Counted from the first letter of the whole stretch, positions 33,639 through 44,926 are shown. The stretch: 63,969 bases of DNA, filler included, from Licmophora abbreviata (GCA_900291995.1; 10 parts of 10 records of this genome joined end to end with filler, not necessarily neighbours in it), one strand, 5' to 3'. Notes: a model not told the origin generated them from the sequence alone. Program-made: numbers and translations.

Positions 33639-34910
33639 ATGAGCGCTTCTGTTGCTACTCCTCCTCCTGACAGCGCCGATCTGTCCCTCCGGCTCCGGCA
33701 TCGTCCGGATGAAGACGGAGAGCACGGTGCTTTCACCGCTGTGACTGGGGATATCCTTCTTTTACAACCAGAAACAAAAAGCTTGGTGACCATTGGTCGA
33801 ATCGAGGCCACCATTGTCCACCGAAAGCGAATCCCCGACGGCTTCTTTCTCTCCGCCATGGACGGTCACAGTCGAAGGCTCCAGGAGGTCGCATGTGCCC
33901 TCTACGAGCCCAGGCGCGGGAGGACCAAACTGAAGTCTCTGGTGGAGTACGATGACGTCAACTTGGATACCATGTACATTGGTTCCTTTCATATCGACGA
34001 TGACTACAAGAAGGGCGGTGCCTCCGACATGGGGGCCGCTGCGCTCTCTCAGTTCTTGCACCACCCCTTCATCAAGGGAAAGAAGGATGATTCTGAAAAT
34101 CGTGCCGCGTGGAAGGTATCTACGGCAGTCTACCACCTCGATCCCAGGGAGGCCATGACCCAGGAGGAGAGGACTGCGAACGACGAAGCGAACCAGGAGG
34201 CATCAAGCGTGGTGTCCCGGGGTCGACAAACCGATGCAGATCGTGATGCCAAGGCCGCCAAGGAACGGCGCGACGGTGAACTTGCGCGAAAGGACGCGAA
34301 CCAGTTTCTGAGGAACGGCTTCTTCCAAGACCCTGCCCTGGCGCGTCAAAAGCAAGACAGCATTCTTGTGGCATCCTACGGTCATTGGACGCAAGCGACG
34401 CCCATTCGATCGCATGCACAGGCAGCGGCAATCCGATTTTACGTTCCTCCTGCTACCATCCCTCCGGCGCCAAGAGGAAAAGATGCGGATATCCTCAATG
34501 CGGTCATGACCACGTGCTCACCTTACAAAGTTCTTGGCCCTATGGAACTTGCGAATCTCGTGGTGACCATCAGCGATCTCATGAGGGACGGAGGCGATAT
34601 CGCCCGCTCCAATGCGCTGCACGCGGCCTGTGCCAACAACGACGAAATGATCTTGGGTGCCATGATGAATATGGACCGCAACAAGAATCCCATTGACGTC
34701 ATTGATTCCTTGGACCAGGAGGGTATGACCCCGCTCATGATTGCCGCGGCCACCGCGGCGAGTCAGAGCAACGCCCAGACGGGAATTCAAAATACGCGCG
34801 TCTTGGATCTTCTGCTGGAGGAAGGAGCAGATCGACATATTCGGGATCCGCAAGGTCTCAATGCATATGATCATTTCGTCCGGGCAATAAGGGATATGCA
34901 GATGCCATAG
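33639..34910 (+). CDS. Ankyrin-repeat protein with GNAT-like N-terminal region; 3' end appears frameshifted
   Basis: NALHAACANND, DQEGMTPLMIAA, LLLEEGADRHIRDPQGLNAYD ankyrin motifs. A coding-like continuation lies in another frame out to 35158. Confidence 0.75.
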   Translation: MSASVATPPPDSADLSLRLRHRPDEDGEHGAFTAVTGDILLLQPETKSLVTIGRIEATIVHRKRIPDGFFLSAMDGHSRRLQEVACALYEPRRGRTKLKSLVEYDDVNLDTMYIGSFHIDDDYKKGGASDMGAAALSQFLHHPFIKGKKDDSENRAAWKVSTAVYHLDPREAMTQEERTANDEANQEASSVVSRGRQTDADRDAKAAKERRDGELARKDANQFLRNGFFQDPALARQKQDSILVASYGHWTQATPIRSHAQAAAIRFYVPPATIPPAPRGKDADILNAVMTTCSPYKVLGPMELANLVVTISDLMRDGGDIARSNALHAACANNDEMILGAMMNMDRNKNPIDVIDSLDQEGMTPLMIAAATAASQSNAQTGIQNTRVLDLLLEEGADRHIRDPQGLNAYDHFVRAIRDMQMP

Positions 34911-35272
34911 CTGCGATTTGTGGTCAGTCCGTGCTGTCCAGCAGTCTCACCAAACATCCCACCGTGACATCCATTAAACGAAAGTTAAAGCCTCGCGCTG
35001 GGGGGCGTGCGAAGGGTGGCCGTGCAGGAGGGGGGACTTTGGAGTACGGGTTTGTGGACTACAGTCACGAAGACAGCTAACTCGATTGAAAAGAAGTAGG
35101 AGATGACGATGATGAAAGTGATGACGATGATGACTCTGGAAACTCGAATACGCGATAGTTTGATTTGTTCGAGCCGACTTAGAATATAAACCTGTTTTAA
35201 TGGAAAGTGGAGAGACACATTGCGTAGATCAGCTGTAGTGCAATGACTGTCTCGTTTGCTTGTCATACTGTA

Positions 35273-36331
35273 CTACTTGTCAAAGCGAATGCGGAGCTTG
35301 ACGCCCGTACTGCTGGTCCCGAGGAGCTTGACAATATCCTTGTGGGCGTTCTCCAGCGTCGTGTCCTGAAATTGCGAGCTGCTCCAGCCTCCCTGCTTCA
35401 ATCCAGCATTGACCTTGCGACTTGCGCTCATCATGCGAGGTGTCATCTTGAGCATACCACCCTGGCCAATCCAACTCATCAGGTAAAAACCATTGAGTCG
35501 CTTTTGTTTGTAAATAAGCGCCATCGGGTCTACGTTTTCAACCTTGCCGGCGAGCGCTCCGTAGACATAGACAGCTCCACCACCCGGGAGGCAGTCCATG
35601 AGATCACCTGTCGACCTACCAGCTACTGCATCAAATGCGACAGTCGCGTCCAGCTCCTTGATCTTTTTTTTAAGTTCGCCCTTCCATCCGTCTTCGCTTC
35701 CCGCTGTCACCACAACGTGCTTGGCTCCAAGGGTCTTCAACAGGTCGGCCTGTTCCTCGCGACGCACCACATTGATCACCTCAATGCCTTCCTCGGGTGC
35801 GAGCTTGACGAGCATCTGTCCCAGCTGCGATGCTGCCGCCGTGTGCACGAACGCGGGCGAGCCTTCCTTCTTGACCGTATCCAAGATTCCAATCGCCGTG
35901 TAGGGATTGACAAAGAAGGACGCGGCGTCTTCCGTGGGCATATCATCAGGCATGGGAAAGACACCGGACACAGCGTCTGCGACGACATACTCCGAATAGG
36001 CCCCCTGCTTGTGTTTCAAACCGACAAAGCCCACCTTGGTCCCAACAGAGCAGCGAAACGACGTGAGTTTTGTCATGAGATCTGGTGCCACCTTGACCAC
36101 GACACCGCATCCCTCTTTTCCCATGGCATAGGGGCACTGATCCGGCCTGGCCCGGAACCAGGATCCGTAATCGGAAGGGTTGATCGCAGCCGCCGTGACC
36201 TTGACCAAGACTTGATTCGACGTGAGTTCCGGCAGCGGGACTTGTTCGATCTCGATCTTGCAGCTTGCCACGTCTTCGCCGGGTGCCGTCACTACGAGGC
36301 GTTTCATCGTTTCGGGAAGTTCTTCGGTCAT
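35273..36331 (-). CDS. Medium-chain dehydrogenase/reductase (quinone oxidoreductase / enoyl reductase-like)
   Basis: VLVKVTAAAINPSD, GKEGCGVV, GAYSEY, AASFFVNPYTA, HTAAASQLG, FDAVAG and YGAL motifs. Confidence 0.9.
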   Translation of the reverse strand: MTEELPETMKRLVVTAPGEDVASCKIEIEQVPLPELTSNQVLVKVTAAAINPSDYGSWFRARPDQCPYAMGKEGCGVVVKVAPDLMTKLTSFRCSVGTKVGFVGLKHKQGAYSEYVVADAVSGVFPMPDDMPTEDAASFFVNPYTAIGILDTVKKEGSPAFVHTAAASQLGQMLVKLAPEEGIEVINVVRREEQADLLKTLGAKHVVVTAGSEDGWKGELKKKIKELDATVAFDAVAGRSTGDLMDCLPGGGAVYVYGALAGKVENVDPMALIYKQKRLNGFYLMSWIGQGGMLKMTPRMMSASRKVNAGLKQGGWSSSQFQDTTLENAHKDIVKLLGTSSTGVKLRIRFDK

Positions 36332-36645
36332 TTCAGCGTCACTGTGGTGCTTTAGCTTATCAAAGGAAGACAGGATGACAGGGAGATCGAAGAGGTACCA
36401 GGTATAGCAGCGAACGGCGAATTGTGATTGATTCAAAGATGCGAGGAAACTGGAAACATCGGTTCGTGACTCATTTTCACTCTGGACAACACGACTCGAC
36501 TCTCTCGAAGCGTGACTCGACTCTCGATCGTGCTTCATGTGAGCGTACGAATGACAGGCGGCGGATCCATGTTCACCCAAAAATGTACCAGTCCAAAACT
36601 GATCACGATGGTGAAGTCGCGGTCGCTTGTATGTTGCATGTCACC

Positions 36646-38922
36646 ATGAGCAGCAGGATGATGTGTACGAAGACTTTTTGTAGTCAGAAATGGATATTAG
36701 TGGACTGCAGGAGGGGTGGGCCAGCTTTTGGGGCGGAGAGAGCGGTGCAGGTGATCCAGGGCTTGACGAATGGCGTACCTTCTTCGACGCGCTCGTTCGG
36801 TACGTTGCGGCCGTCCTTGCGCTCCGCTCCTGTCGTTGTTAAGAGCTGGTCGAGAGGATTCTATGAGACTGCTTCTACAAGTGATCAGGGTGGTCTCTTC
36901 TCGATTCCCACCTTGAGGCAGCCGTCGGATTTCTTGAAATTGGCAAAAGAAGCTACGTCGGAATGTGATTCGCTACGACAGTCGCTGTCTCTCAAGGCTT
37001 CTGGCGCGGTGACCACCGTCTCCCTAGCACAAGATATTCTGTATCAGCTAGATGAAATCAGTAAAACAGTTTGTAATGTCATTGACGCAGCCGAGCTGTG
37101 TCGGTGCGTTCATTCGAATCCACGCTGGCGCGAGTCTGCCAGCAACGCGTTTGGGGTGCTCAGCGACTACATTGGACAGCTCAATGCCGATACGACGCTT
37201 TTTGAAGCCTTGTCGGTGGTCATTTCCTCCTCCATCTTTGACGAATTGTCCGAGGAGGAGCGTCGCTTTGCATTGATGCTGCAGGCGGAATTCGAACGCG
37301 ATGGGATTCATCTGCCGCTGCAACAGAGACACGCTGTGCAGGAAGTGCAGATGCATCTAGTGCAGTTGGAAACGCTCTTTACCGAAAACATTACTCATTC
37401 GAAGAAGTCCTTTCAAACGAACGCCGAGTGGGTACACAAGATCATTCCAAAGAACGTACTGGAGGCCATGGTGCCGCAGACTGACGATACAGACTCGGGC
37501 ATGGTCACATTGACGACAGACGCTCACATAGCCAACACGTTGGGCAAGTACTCTGCTAACCCTCGCTTACGAAAGGAAGTTTACATGGAAACCATGACAT
37601 TCTGTCCAGAAAACTTGCAGGTGCTGGAAGCGCTGCGTCAACGTCGGCATGAACTTGCTGTTCTACAAGGATTCCCATCCTACGCTGACCGTGTGCTGAG
37701 AGACAAAATGGCGCAGACTCCTGCCAATGTTCAAACGTTTCTTCAGTCTCTGCAACATCAAATGAATGTACGAGGGGGCTATAGAAAAGAGATGGAGATG
37801 ATTTCGCAAGCAAAGCAGAAGATTGAACAGGAAGCGACTGTGGAACCTTGGGATGTACCCTTCTATACCCATGTGCTGAAAGCGCGTGATGGGTTCGATG
37901 TCTCCTCCGTGTCAGAGTACTTGACCATTTCTAATTGTTTGAAGGGTATGGAAATACTAGTTGAAAAGCTATTTGGTATACAGATGAAAGAAGAGAGAAT
38001 ATCAGACGAAGAGCGCTGGGACTTGGATGGGCCGAACAAAATCCCCGACGATGCGGCCGTTCGCAAGTTTGTCTTTGTAGAAGAGTCGGGCCGGCCCTTG
38101 GGTGCAATGTACCTTGATTTGCATCCCCGAGAAGGGAAGTATCAACATTCTGCCCACTTTACGGTACGCTGTGGATGCGTGACCGGTGGGCCGTCTGATA
38201 CACCGGAGTATCAATTGCCTGTGGTTGCTCTTGTATGCAATATGGCTCCTCCCGAGTCCGGCAGCATGGGTTGTCTCAATCATTCAGAGGTGGAAACATT
38301 CTATCACGAGTTTGGCCATGCCCTTCATTCCTTGCTGTCACGAACTACCTTTCAGCACTTGTCAGGGACGCGTTCGGCAATGGATTTTGTCGAAACACCA
38401 TCGCATCTCTTTGAAAAATTTGCGTGGGATCCCAAGTTTCTGACCCTTTTGGCGCATCACTATCAGACGGGGGCGACTATCCCAGAAAAACTGGTGCAGA
38501 GATTAGTAAGATCACGGAAAGAGTTTCTCTACATTGAGTTGCAGAATCAGGTTTTGTATTCGCAGTTCGATCAGGCTCTCTTTGGCGTCCCTGAAGATAG
38601 TCAGCAGTCATCAATGGAAATTTTTGCAAAGCTACATCGAGAGAATCATGTACCATTCGCGGAAGGCACTCACTGGCCAACGCGGTTCGGTCACCTGGTG
38701 ACCTATGGTGCGTGCTACTATGGTTATCTCTATTCGCAAGTGTTCGCCGGCGCCATTTGGAAGCTCCGATTCCAGGAAGATAGCTTGAGTCGCGAGTCTG
38801 GAGAGCACGTGTGGAAGGATTTGCTAGTGCATGGTGGAGCCAAGGATCCGAATGCAATGCTCAAGGAGCTGCTGGAGGGACAACCGACGGCAGAGTCGTT
38901 CTTTGATAGCATTGACTTATAA
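36646..38922 (+). CDS. MIPEP: Mitochondrial intermediate peptidase (M3 metallopeptidase)
   Basis: LDEISKTVCNVIDAAE, FERDGIHL, YLDLHPREGK, HEFGHALH zinc motif, DFVETPSHLFE, FGHLVTYGACYYGY. Arg/Ser-rich N-terminus; start approximate. Confidence 0.92.
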   Translation: MSSRMMCTKTFCSQKWILVDCRRGGPAFGAERAVQVIQGLTNGVPSSTRSFGTLRPSLRSAPVVVKSWSRGFYETASTSDQGGLFSIPTLRQPSDFLKLAKEATSECDSLRQSLSLKASGAVTTVSLAQDILYQLDEISKTVCNVIDAAELCRCVHSNPRWRESASNAFGVLSDYIGQLNADTTLFEALSVVISSSIFDELSEEERRFALMLQAEFERDGIHLPLQQRHAVQEVQMHLVQLETLFTENITHSKKSFQTNAEWVHKIIPKNVLEAMVPQTDDTDSGMVTLTTDAHIANTLGKYSANPRLRKEVYMETMTFCPENLQVLEALRQRRHELAVLQGFPSYADRVLRDKMAQTPANVQTFLQSLQHQMNVRGGYRKEMEMISQAKQKIEQEATVEPWDVPFYTHVLKARDGFDVSSVSEYLTISNCLKGMEILVEKLFGIQMKEERISDEERWDLDGPNKIPDDAAVRKFVFVEESGRPLGAMYLDLHPREGKYQHSAHFTVRCGCVTGGPSDTPEYQLPVVALVCNMAPPESGSMGCLNHSEVETFYHEFGHALHSLLSRTTFQHLSGTRSAMDFVETPSHLFEKFAWDPKFLTLLAHHYQTGATIPEKLVQRLVRSRKEFLYIELQNQVLYSQFDQALFGVPEDSQQSSMEIFAKLHRENHVPFAEGTHWPTRFGHLVTYGACYYGYLYSQVFAGAIWKLRFQEDSLSRESGEHVWKDLLVHGGAKDPNAMLKELLEGQPTAESFFDSIDL

Positions 38923-39010
38923 GTGCATGAACGCTTCGCGGACTAAGTGCCGCTTTCTATTCTACCCTTCTGTGTGCCCATACTGCAGCATTTTTTTTGG
39001 ACCAGTCGTT

Positions 39011-39454
39011 TTACAGAGAGGCCTCTGACGACGTTGAACCCTCCCGCGATCTCTCATTTAGACTGGCTTGGGTTCGTCTGGCCAAGCACGCCACCTCGCG
39101 AAGGATCTGACTAGCCTTTGCCGTCGCCCGATCGTCGCCAACTTCGTAGAAATGACCGTCGCTATCCTCCTTTAGGAAGCGCCCTTTGTTGGCGCGGATC
39201 GATCGTACGACAGCAATGGCAACAGATTTCTTGTGTCCTTTGCCGGCGATGGTGTATTGTTGCCGGTACGCGTCTGCCAGTGCCCGGAAATACTTGTTTC
39301 CGATGTGATGGTTGCTATAGCCTCCCCGACCGAAGAGGACATCCGAATCTTTAATGTCCTCCGACCATATGGGGTGTTTCTTTTCTGTGTCTTCCAAGAC
39401 GGCAGGAGTTGGCTGAATTGATATGGTGTCACCTTGAGACACGTCAGGCGCGGG
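39011..39454 (-). CDS. DUF6824-type diatom-expanded domain protein, 5'-truncated
   Basis: DVLFGRGG…NHHIGNKYFR…K…IA…GRFLK…FYEVGDDRATAKASQILRE signature. Confidence 0.8.
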   Translation of the reverse strand, partial: PAPDVSQGDTISIQPTPAVLEDTEKKHPIWSEDIKDSDVLFGRGGYSNHHIGNKYFRALADAYRQQYTIAGKGHKKSVAIAVVRSIRANKGRFLKEDSDGHFYEVGDDRATAKASQILREVACLARRTQASLNERSREGSTSSEASL

Positions 39455-39554
39455 NNNNNNNNNNNNNNNNNNNNNNNNNNNNNNNNNNNNNNNNNNNNTT
39501 AATTAATTAANNNNNNNNNNNNNNNNNNNNNNNNNNNNNNNNNNNNNNNNNNNN
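39455..39554. other. Artificial contig linker
   Basis: N44-TTAATTAATTAA-N44. Confidence 0.98.
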
Positions 39555-40666
39555 GATTCTCTGTTTCCCTCGTCTTCCAAACTCGTAGCAGCTTCCGGCG
39601 CCGGGTAGCCTCCACGGTTGAAGGCTCCAGAAAACACATTCGGCATGGCACTCTTGGGCTGCGGATCCCCTCTGACTATACTTCCCGAGAAACTCCAGGA
39701 CTGATAGCCATGTACATACAAGTGAGTCGGCCTTACTGTATGACGTTGTTGAGGGTTCATCGTGTGCAGCATCCCCTCCATGACTGTATAGGCTTCCACG
39801 GCCACCAAGGGCGACGCTGGCAATTGCACTTTCCACAACAACGGAGGTCCCGTTTCGTCTTGATCCATGGGCATGGCAAAGGTCAAGACTATCACATTAT
39901 TTCCAGCAGCATCTGGATCATCCTCCCACGATGGTAATGTATCAGCGCGTTCCGACAATCGATCCCACTCATGTACCAAATGCGGTTCCCGCTGTTGCTG
40001 TCGATCCAGCGCGCGTTGCATCGCCCCAGTCGGTGCCTGGAAGCGAGCATCATCTCCATCATTACTAGTAGTACTAGTGTTTACACGAGATCCCAAGAGA
40101 GTGTTGCTTCGTTTCAATACAAGTCTTACAGCCCGACAGGGTCCAATCCCTCGAATGTGCAAACGCGCAACGCTTCGAACGGTCTGCACGTGGTGCGTGG
40201 TGAAGACTTCCTCGTAGAGATCGGGACGTGCCTTGTTGCAACAGACTCCACGCCAGTGGCGGCGTGTGTATTCCGGCAGTGCCTGCCAGCAGGGGCGGTA
40301 AGTCACCTTTAACAAGAAGTTGGAGGAGAGGGACCAGTGGGGGGATGTGAAGGTCCAACCAAGAGGAGACGTGGACGACGTGTGAGTAGTGTCGTGGTTT
40401 GTGGAGGTCGTCGGTCCTGCGGATGCAATGAGAGAGCTTGTTTCAGGGGGTCCGTTCGAAGGATCATTGTCGTCGTCGTCGTCGGATGAAGAAGTAGACG
40501 ATGCTGGTGTGGAAAAGGGTGCCGCTGCTGGTGCTGTTCTTGGTCGAGGCTGGCAGCTACTGCGAAGTTCGACACGCGTGGGAGAAGGACCGTCAGGGGA
40601 GCCCGCAGCTGTTCTTGTTGTCAGCGAGAAGACCCATTCGTTCCGATGGTCCATGTTGGGTGTCAT
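39555..40666 (-). CDS. N-terminal part of a probable GH36 alpha-galactosidase-like protein, 3'-truncated
   Basis: Long ORF open into the linker. LYVHGYQSWSFSG resembles the GWQSWS motif ahead of GH36 catalytic domains; the catalytic region itself is not in view. Confidence 0.45.
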
Positions 40667-41054
40667 CCTTCAGTAGGATGACAGAGAGGGCGGCAAACGA
40701 AGTTTGTTTAGTTGCTTGATCTGATTGACAGGTGTACGAGTAGGGAGTGTGATGGTGAGTGTCAGTGTCGCACCGATGAGTGAAAACAAAGACGATCCAA
40801 AAGAGAGACGAAGATTGTGTCATGAAGACGGACGGACGCTGTCGACCGCGGTGTTCGCTCTCATGTCGTAGCGACATAGATGAGAGTCATAGCATGGGTC
40901 ATTCCGCCATCACTCTTCATCTCACACGACGACGAGACGACGACGGCGTTGAATGTGTCTGGAACGGTGGCGTTGCTTCGTCTATCAATCGTTGCAATAC
41001 ATAGAAGAACGACACACTCTTGGACACTAGACTGTCGCTTGTATCCTGGAACGA

Positions 41055-42779
41055 ATGATCCACCTGAAGGAAACTAGCTCGATCCAAGAGCATCCACAAC
41101 ATGATGACGATGACCGACGACGATCTTCCTCCGCACTCACCACAATGACTCGCGCCAGCCTCCTGCCACTCGTATCTTCCGTCGTCGAAGACTCGTCGTC
41201 CTTTCCCACCAAGGATGCTCAGACGAGGCGCAGACGAAGACCTGGAAAACGAATCTCTCTCTTGCTCTTTGGGCTCTATCTGGGCGTCGCCTTTGTCTGG
41301 AATGTTCGCCAGCATCAAAAGTTCCTCTTTGGGGGGACTATACCAGAAGATCACTCGGGAGGGACATTTCAGTTTTCACTGCCGACCGATGGGATACTCA
41401 TTGTAAACACCAGGTATGTCATCGCTCTCTCTCTGTCTTTTTGATACTCCAGGCGCTCTCTTCATTCACCTTCACTTACTCTTTGTGCCCGTTTTCCAGA
41501 TTCATGCAGCATCAGGCAGAACTGGTCGATCTCGCGTGGGCCAGACTGGAACTCTTCAAGACCTTTTGTCTTCCCACCATGCTGCGACAAACCTTTCGAA
41601 ATCATTTGCTATGGATCATCCGAACGGATCCTGACTTATCACAGGATGTTCAGGACGCCTTTGTCAACTTGATTCGACCCTACCCCAATTTCTATCTCGT
41701 TCGAGACAATGACAATGATGTGGGAAACGAAGCGAACTTTCGAAAGATGACATACAATGCGTCTCAAGTCGTCAGTGGAGACTATGAACTGCTTCAGTTG
41801 GCCATTCGGCAGTCAAGAGATAAAGTTTTGATGGAAACGATACTGGATGCGGACGATGGGATCAATCTGCATCTATTACGGCATATTTACAATCTCGCGG
41901 TTCCCAAACTGGCCGCGGCCGATACGACCCGACAGGAAGGGTGGGCGGTCTTTTGCATTGAACGACACCTAGAGTGGCGTTCCATGAGGCATTTACTGAA
42001 CGAAGATGAGAATGAAGATGATGACAGTGCAGCAAACTGGGGCTTGCTGCAAGATGTCGAGGAAGAATTCTGTGTGACACCGGGACTGACCTATGCGCTT
42101 GCTCCCGAAGTCAATGCTCCTCAGATCTTCAATATGAGTCATATGCGATTTCACGAAAACGCAACAGAGTGTCAGAACCATGCGCAAGTGGATTGTGTCT
42201 CGCGGTTGAAGGACTTTCCCGGAGAACGGGCAGCCATTCGAGCGCGCACAACAGCCAGTGCGGGAATGCGCAACATGGACCATAAGTTTGAGGGCAACGT
42301 GACGGATTCCTGGCATTTATTACCGGCCGAGTTTGGTATCGGAAGAGGTGAAGTGGCGAAAGCCAAGAATTACGTGCTGGATCACTTGGTGGATTTCTCG
42401 AAAGACAATCTCAAGGGACAATGGTGAGTTTCTTGTTCCGACTGAAAGGAGTGTCATTACTTTGCAACGTCGTGTATTGATACGGTAGACGCTCGCTCCT
42501 CATCTCTACTCATACTGTATTATTTCCGTCTTGTCTGTTTGCAGCGCCGAAGGTCACAGCTGCAAAATGAGTAGTAAGATTCGACTGTTCCGACTGGTGC
42601 AAAAGCTCGAACGACGGATGAAGAGAAAAGATCAGCAGGAGGCACAAAAGAAAACGACCGAGGAAGACAAACAGAATTCTGATGCACAGTTGAAAGGTGA
42701 TACAATACAGAAAGCTGCAGAGAAGGCTGCTCCGACCAAAGATGAAAAGGAGGTGTCTCGGGCGGACGACGAAGCATAG
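41055..42779 (+). CDS. Type II membrane glycosyltransferase-like protein (putative rhamnosyltransferase-like); introns 41414-41499 and 42424-42544
   Basis: N-terminal TM helix; TRFMQ…ARLELFKTFCLPTMLRQT…WIIRTD; LDADDG (DxD-like); spliced C-terminus GQCAEGHSCK. Confidence 0.72.
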
Positions 42780-42903
42780 GGATCTGAGAGTACGAATCCG
42801 GACGGAGATCGCACAATCCGCAAAGGAGAAAGCATAGATAATAGCGCATGCATGCCTCTAATGAATCTGAGCGTGCCTGCGTACAGCATGGCTGTGGATT
42901 GCG

Positions 42904-43917
42904 CTATCGTATTCGTATTCGAAGATAGGTACGATCGTCAAAGGACTCGGCTCCCGGAGGCACTCCTTTGGTGCCGACATACGCATCCCCCATCATCTTT
43001 GGATCTTTCTCTAGCGTCTCCTTTAGATGATCCTCTGTTTCCTTAAGTGTACCCAGCAGTGTAGGATATCCATCCGAAGCTAAAATCACTTCCGAAATGC
43101 CATCTGGGATGTCGAATACCTGAATTCCTTCCTCGTGATGAATGGGCCACCCGTCCATTGCCCAGTAACGATACGGAGCCGGTGCAGAGAGGTTGTTCTG
43201 AAAGCGTCGTTGCCGGCGTAGCAGGGGCTGTATGAATTCTCGACCGAGATCTCTATCTATTGGAGTAGTACTACTAGGAGTCCCGAGTCGCTCGGCCTGA
43301 AGAAACATGGCCCGTGCACGAGCTGTGACTTGATCGATGTAGCGTTCCGGCTGGATGTGCGTTTGGATAGCTCCAGTGTGATCCAGCAGAGCACACTGAC
43401 AGTCACCGACCATCAGGATTTGGCGCGTGTCATGGCAGTACAGAACTAGTGAAGCTGTAGCTCGTTCTTCCGGTTGCTTCGTCATGACGTTCAAGCACCC
43501 CGGAGACTCGTTCTCATATGCCACTCTAAGCTTCGCTGTCAAGAAGCCAATCCGCTCTTCAGGCGACTGGAGGGATGGCACTGCCTCGACTGACTGGTGT
43601 TTCGCCAGTTCCGATACTCCCTCTCTCAGCACACGGGCTGCCCATTGACCTCCCGTGAGCTGCTGCGACGTCCATCGTCTACCTGTAGGACTGGTGGCAC
43701 CGTCCAGCACGCAGGCGTAGTTTCCCGCGATGATCCAGGCATCCTCGCAATCGTCCAAGTTCGCGCCTTTCTTGGATCGCAAGCAGTGCTCAACGATCTG
43801 AATTGGGCAAGTAGGACTGCTCATGGCAAAAGATGGCGAGGGGAGTACCAGGGCGAGCAGCAGCAGCAGCAAGAAGAAGAGGTGATGGGTCGGTCTCATC
43901 GGCATCAGCGCCAACAT
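42904..43917 (-). CDS. PP2C/PPM-like phosphatase with N-terminal signal peptide
   Basis: CED, VLDGAT, VGDC, ILASDG and FDDRT metal-binding Asp motifs. Leu-rich signal peptide. Confidence 0.78.
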   Translation of the reverse strand: MLALMPMRPTHHLFFLLLLLLALVLPSPSFAMSSPTCPIQIVEHCLRSKKGANLDDCEDAWIIAGNYACVLDGATSPTGRRWTSQQLTGGQWAARVLREGVSELAKHQSVEAVPSLQSPEERIGFLTAKLRVAYENESPGCLNVMTKQPEERATASLVLYCHDTRQILMVGDCQCALLDHTGAIQTHIQPERYIDQVTARARAMFLQAERLGTPSSTTPIDRDLGREFIQPLLRRQRRFQNNLSAPAPYRYWAMDGWPIHHEEGIQVFDIPDGISEVILASDGYPTLLGTLKETEDHLKETLEKDPKMMGDAYVGTKGVPPGAESFDDRTYLRIRIR

Positions 43918-44202
43918 CCAACATCATCGTCGTATTCAAAATTGTGGTCGCGCGCAGTCTACGAGCTCGTACCGAAGTCCGATCGACTTGACTCGTTCGA
44001 CAGAAATTTGGATCATCCGGTCTGGATGTCAGGTCTCCACGTGGCATCCGCTGGAGTCGGCATCGAGCAGGAGAGCAGGCGACAACAACAACTTTTCTGC
44101 TCAACGACCCCTTCATCGGCGCTGCTCTTTCGACACTACGGCCCTCTCGTGGATCCAGGGACGCTAATTCTTCTTGTAACCACCACTAATTTCGTTTCCA
44201 AG

Positions 44203-44926
44203 ATGATAAAGGATATGATGGACAAGCAGATCGTGGAGCTGAAGAAGCTGTGGAAGAACAAGAGGCAGCTCACCTTTCAGCTCCTCAATCTGGCCATGAT
44301 TGTCTTTAGCGCCCTCATGATTTGGAAAGGACTCATGTTCGTCACCAAATCGGAGAGTCCGGTAGTCGTAGTCTTGAGTGGATCCATGGAGCCGGCCTTT
44401 CAGAGAGGCGACATTCTGTTTTTGGACAACAGTGTGCCGAATGTGGGCGTTGGAGATGTAGTGGTTTTCAAGGTGCGTGATGAGTGGCATAGGGCGTTCG
44501 AAATAACAGCGACGGCGTACGGCGAATTCAATCGAAAGTCCGTTTCAGCGAAGGATGAGGAGCCTACCCTTCTTCACAGACAAAATTCGTTTCTGACTGC
44601 TTGTTTTTTCTCTCTCATCTCCCTTACACTCTGATGCACAGATCAAAGACCGCGACATTCCCATTGTCCATAGGATTCTAAAGGTACACGAGAAGCCCAA
44701 TGGCGAAGTAGAACTGTTAACAAAAGGAGACAACAATCGTGTGGATGATCGGGGACTGTATGCTCCGGGGCAGCTGTGGCTGGAACGAGAAGACATTCTT
44801 GGCAAGGCGGTAGGAACACTCCGATACGTTGGGATGGTGACGATCGCACTCAATGACTATCCAGTGCTGAAGTATGTACTTGTTTCGCTCATGGGGCTCT
44901 TTGTGTTGACAAGTAAGGAAGGCTAG
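44203..44926 (+). CDS. SEC11: Signal peptidase complex catalytic subunit; intron 44473-44641
   Basis: [25 protein letters not shown]…[14 protein letters not shown]…[16 protein letters not shown]. Confidence 0.95.

Noticed and set aside
35243..36355. 370-aa plus-strand ORF
   Set aside because: It is an antisense shadow of the MDR gene with no recognisable motifs.
43597..44202. 200-aa N-terminal extension of SEC11 in the ORF track
   Set aside because: It overlaps the antisense PP2C-like gene and promoter; SEC11 homology starts at MIKDMM (44203).
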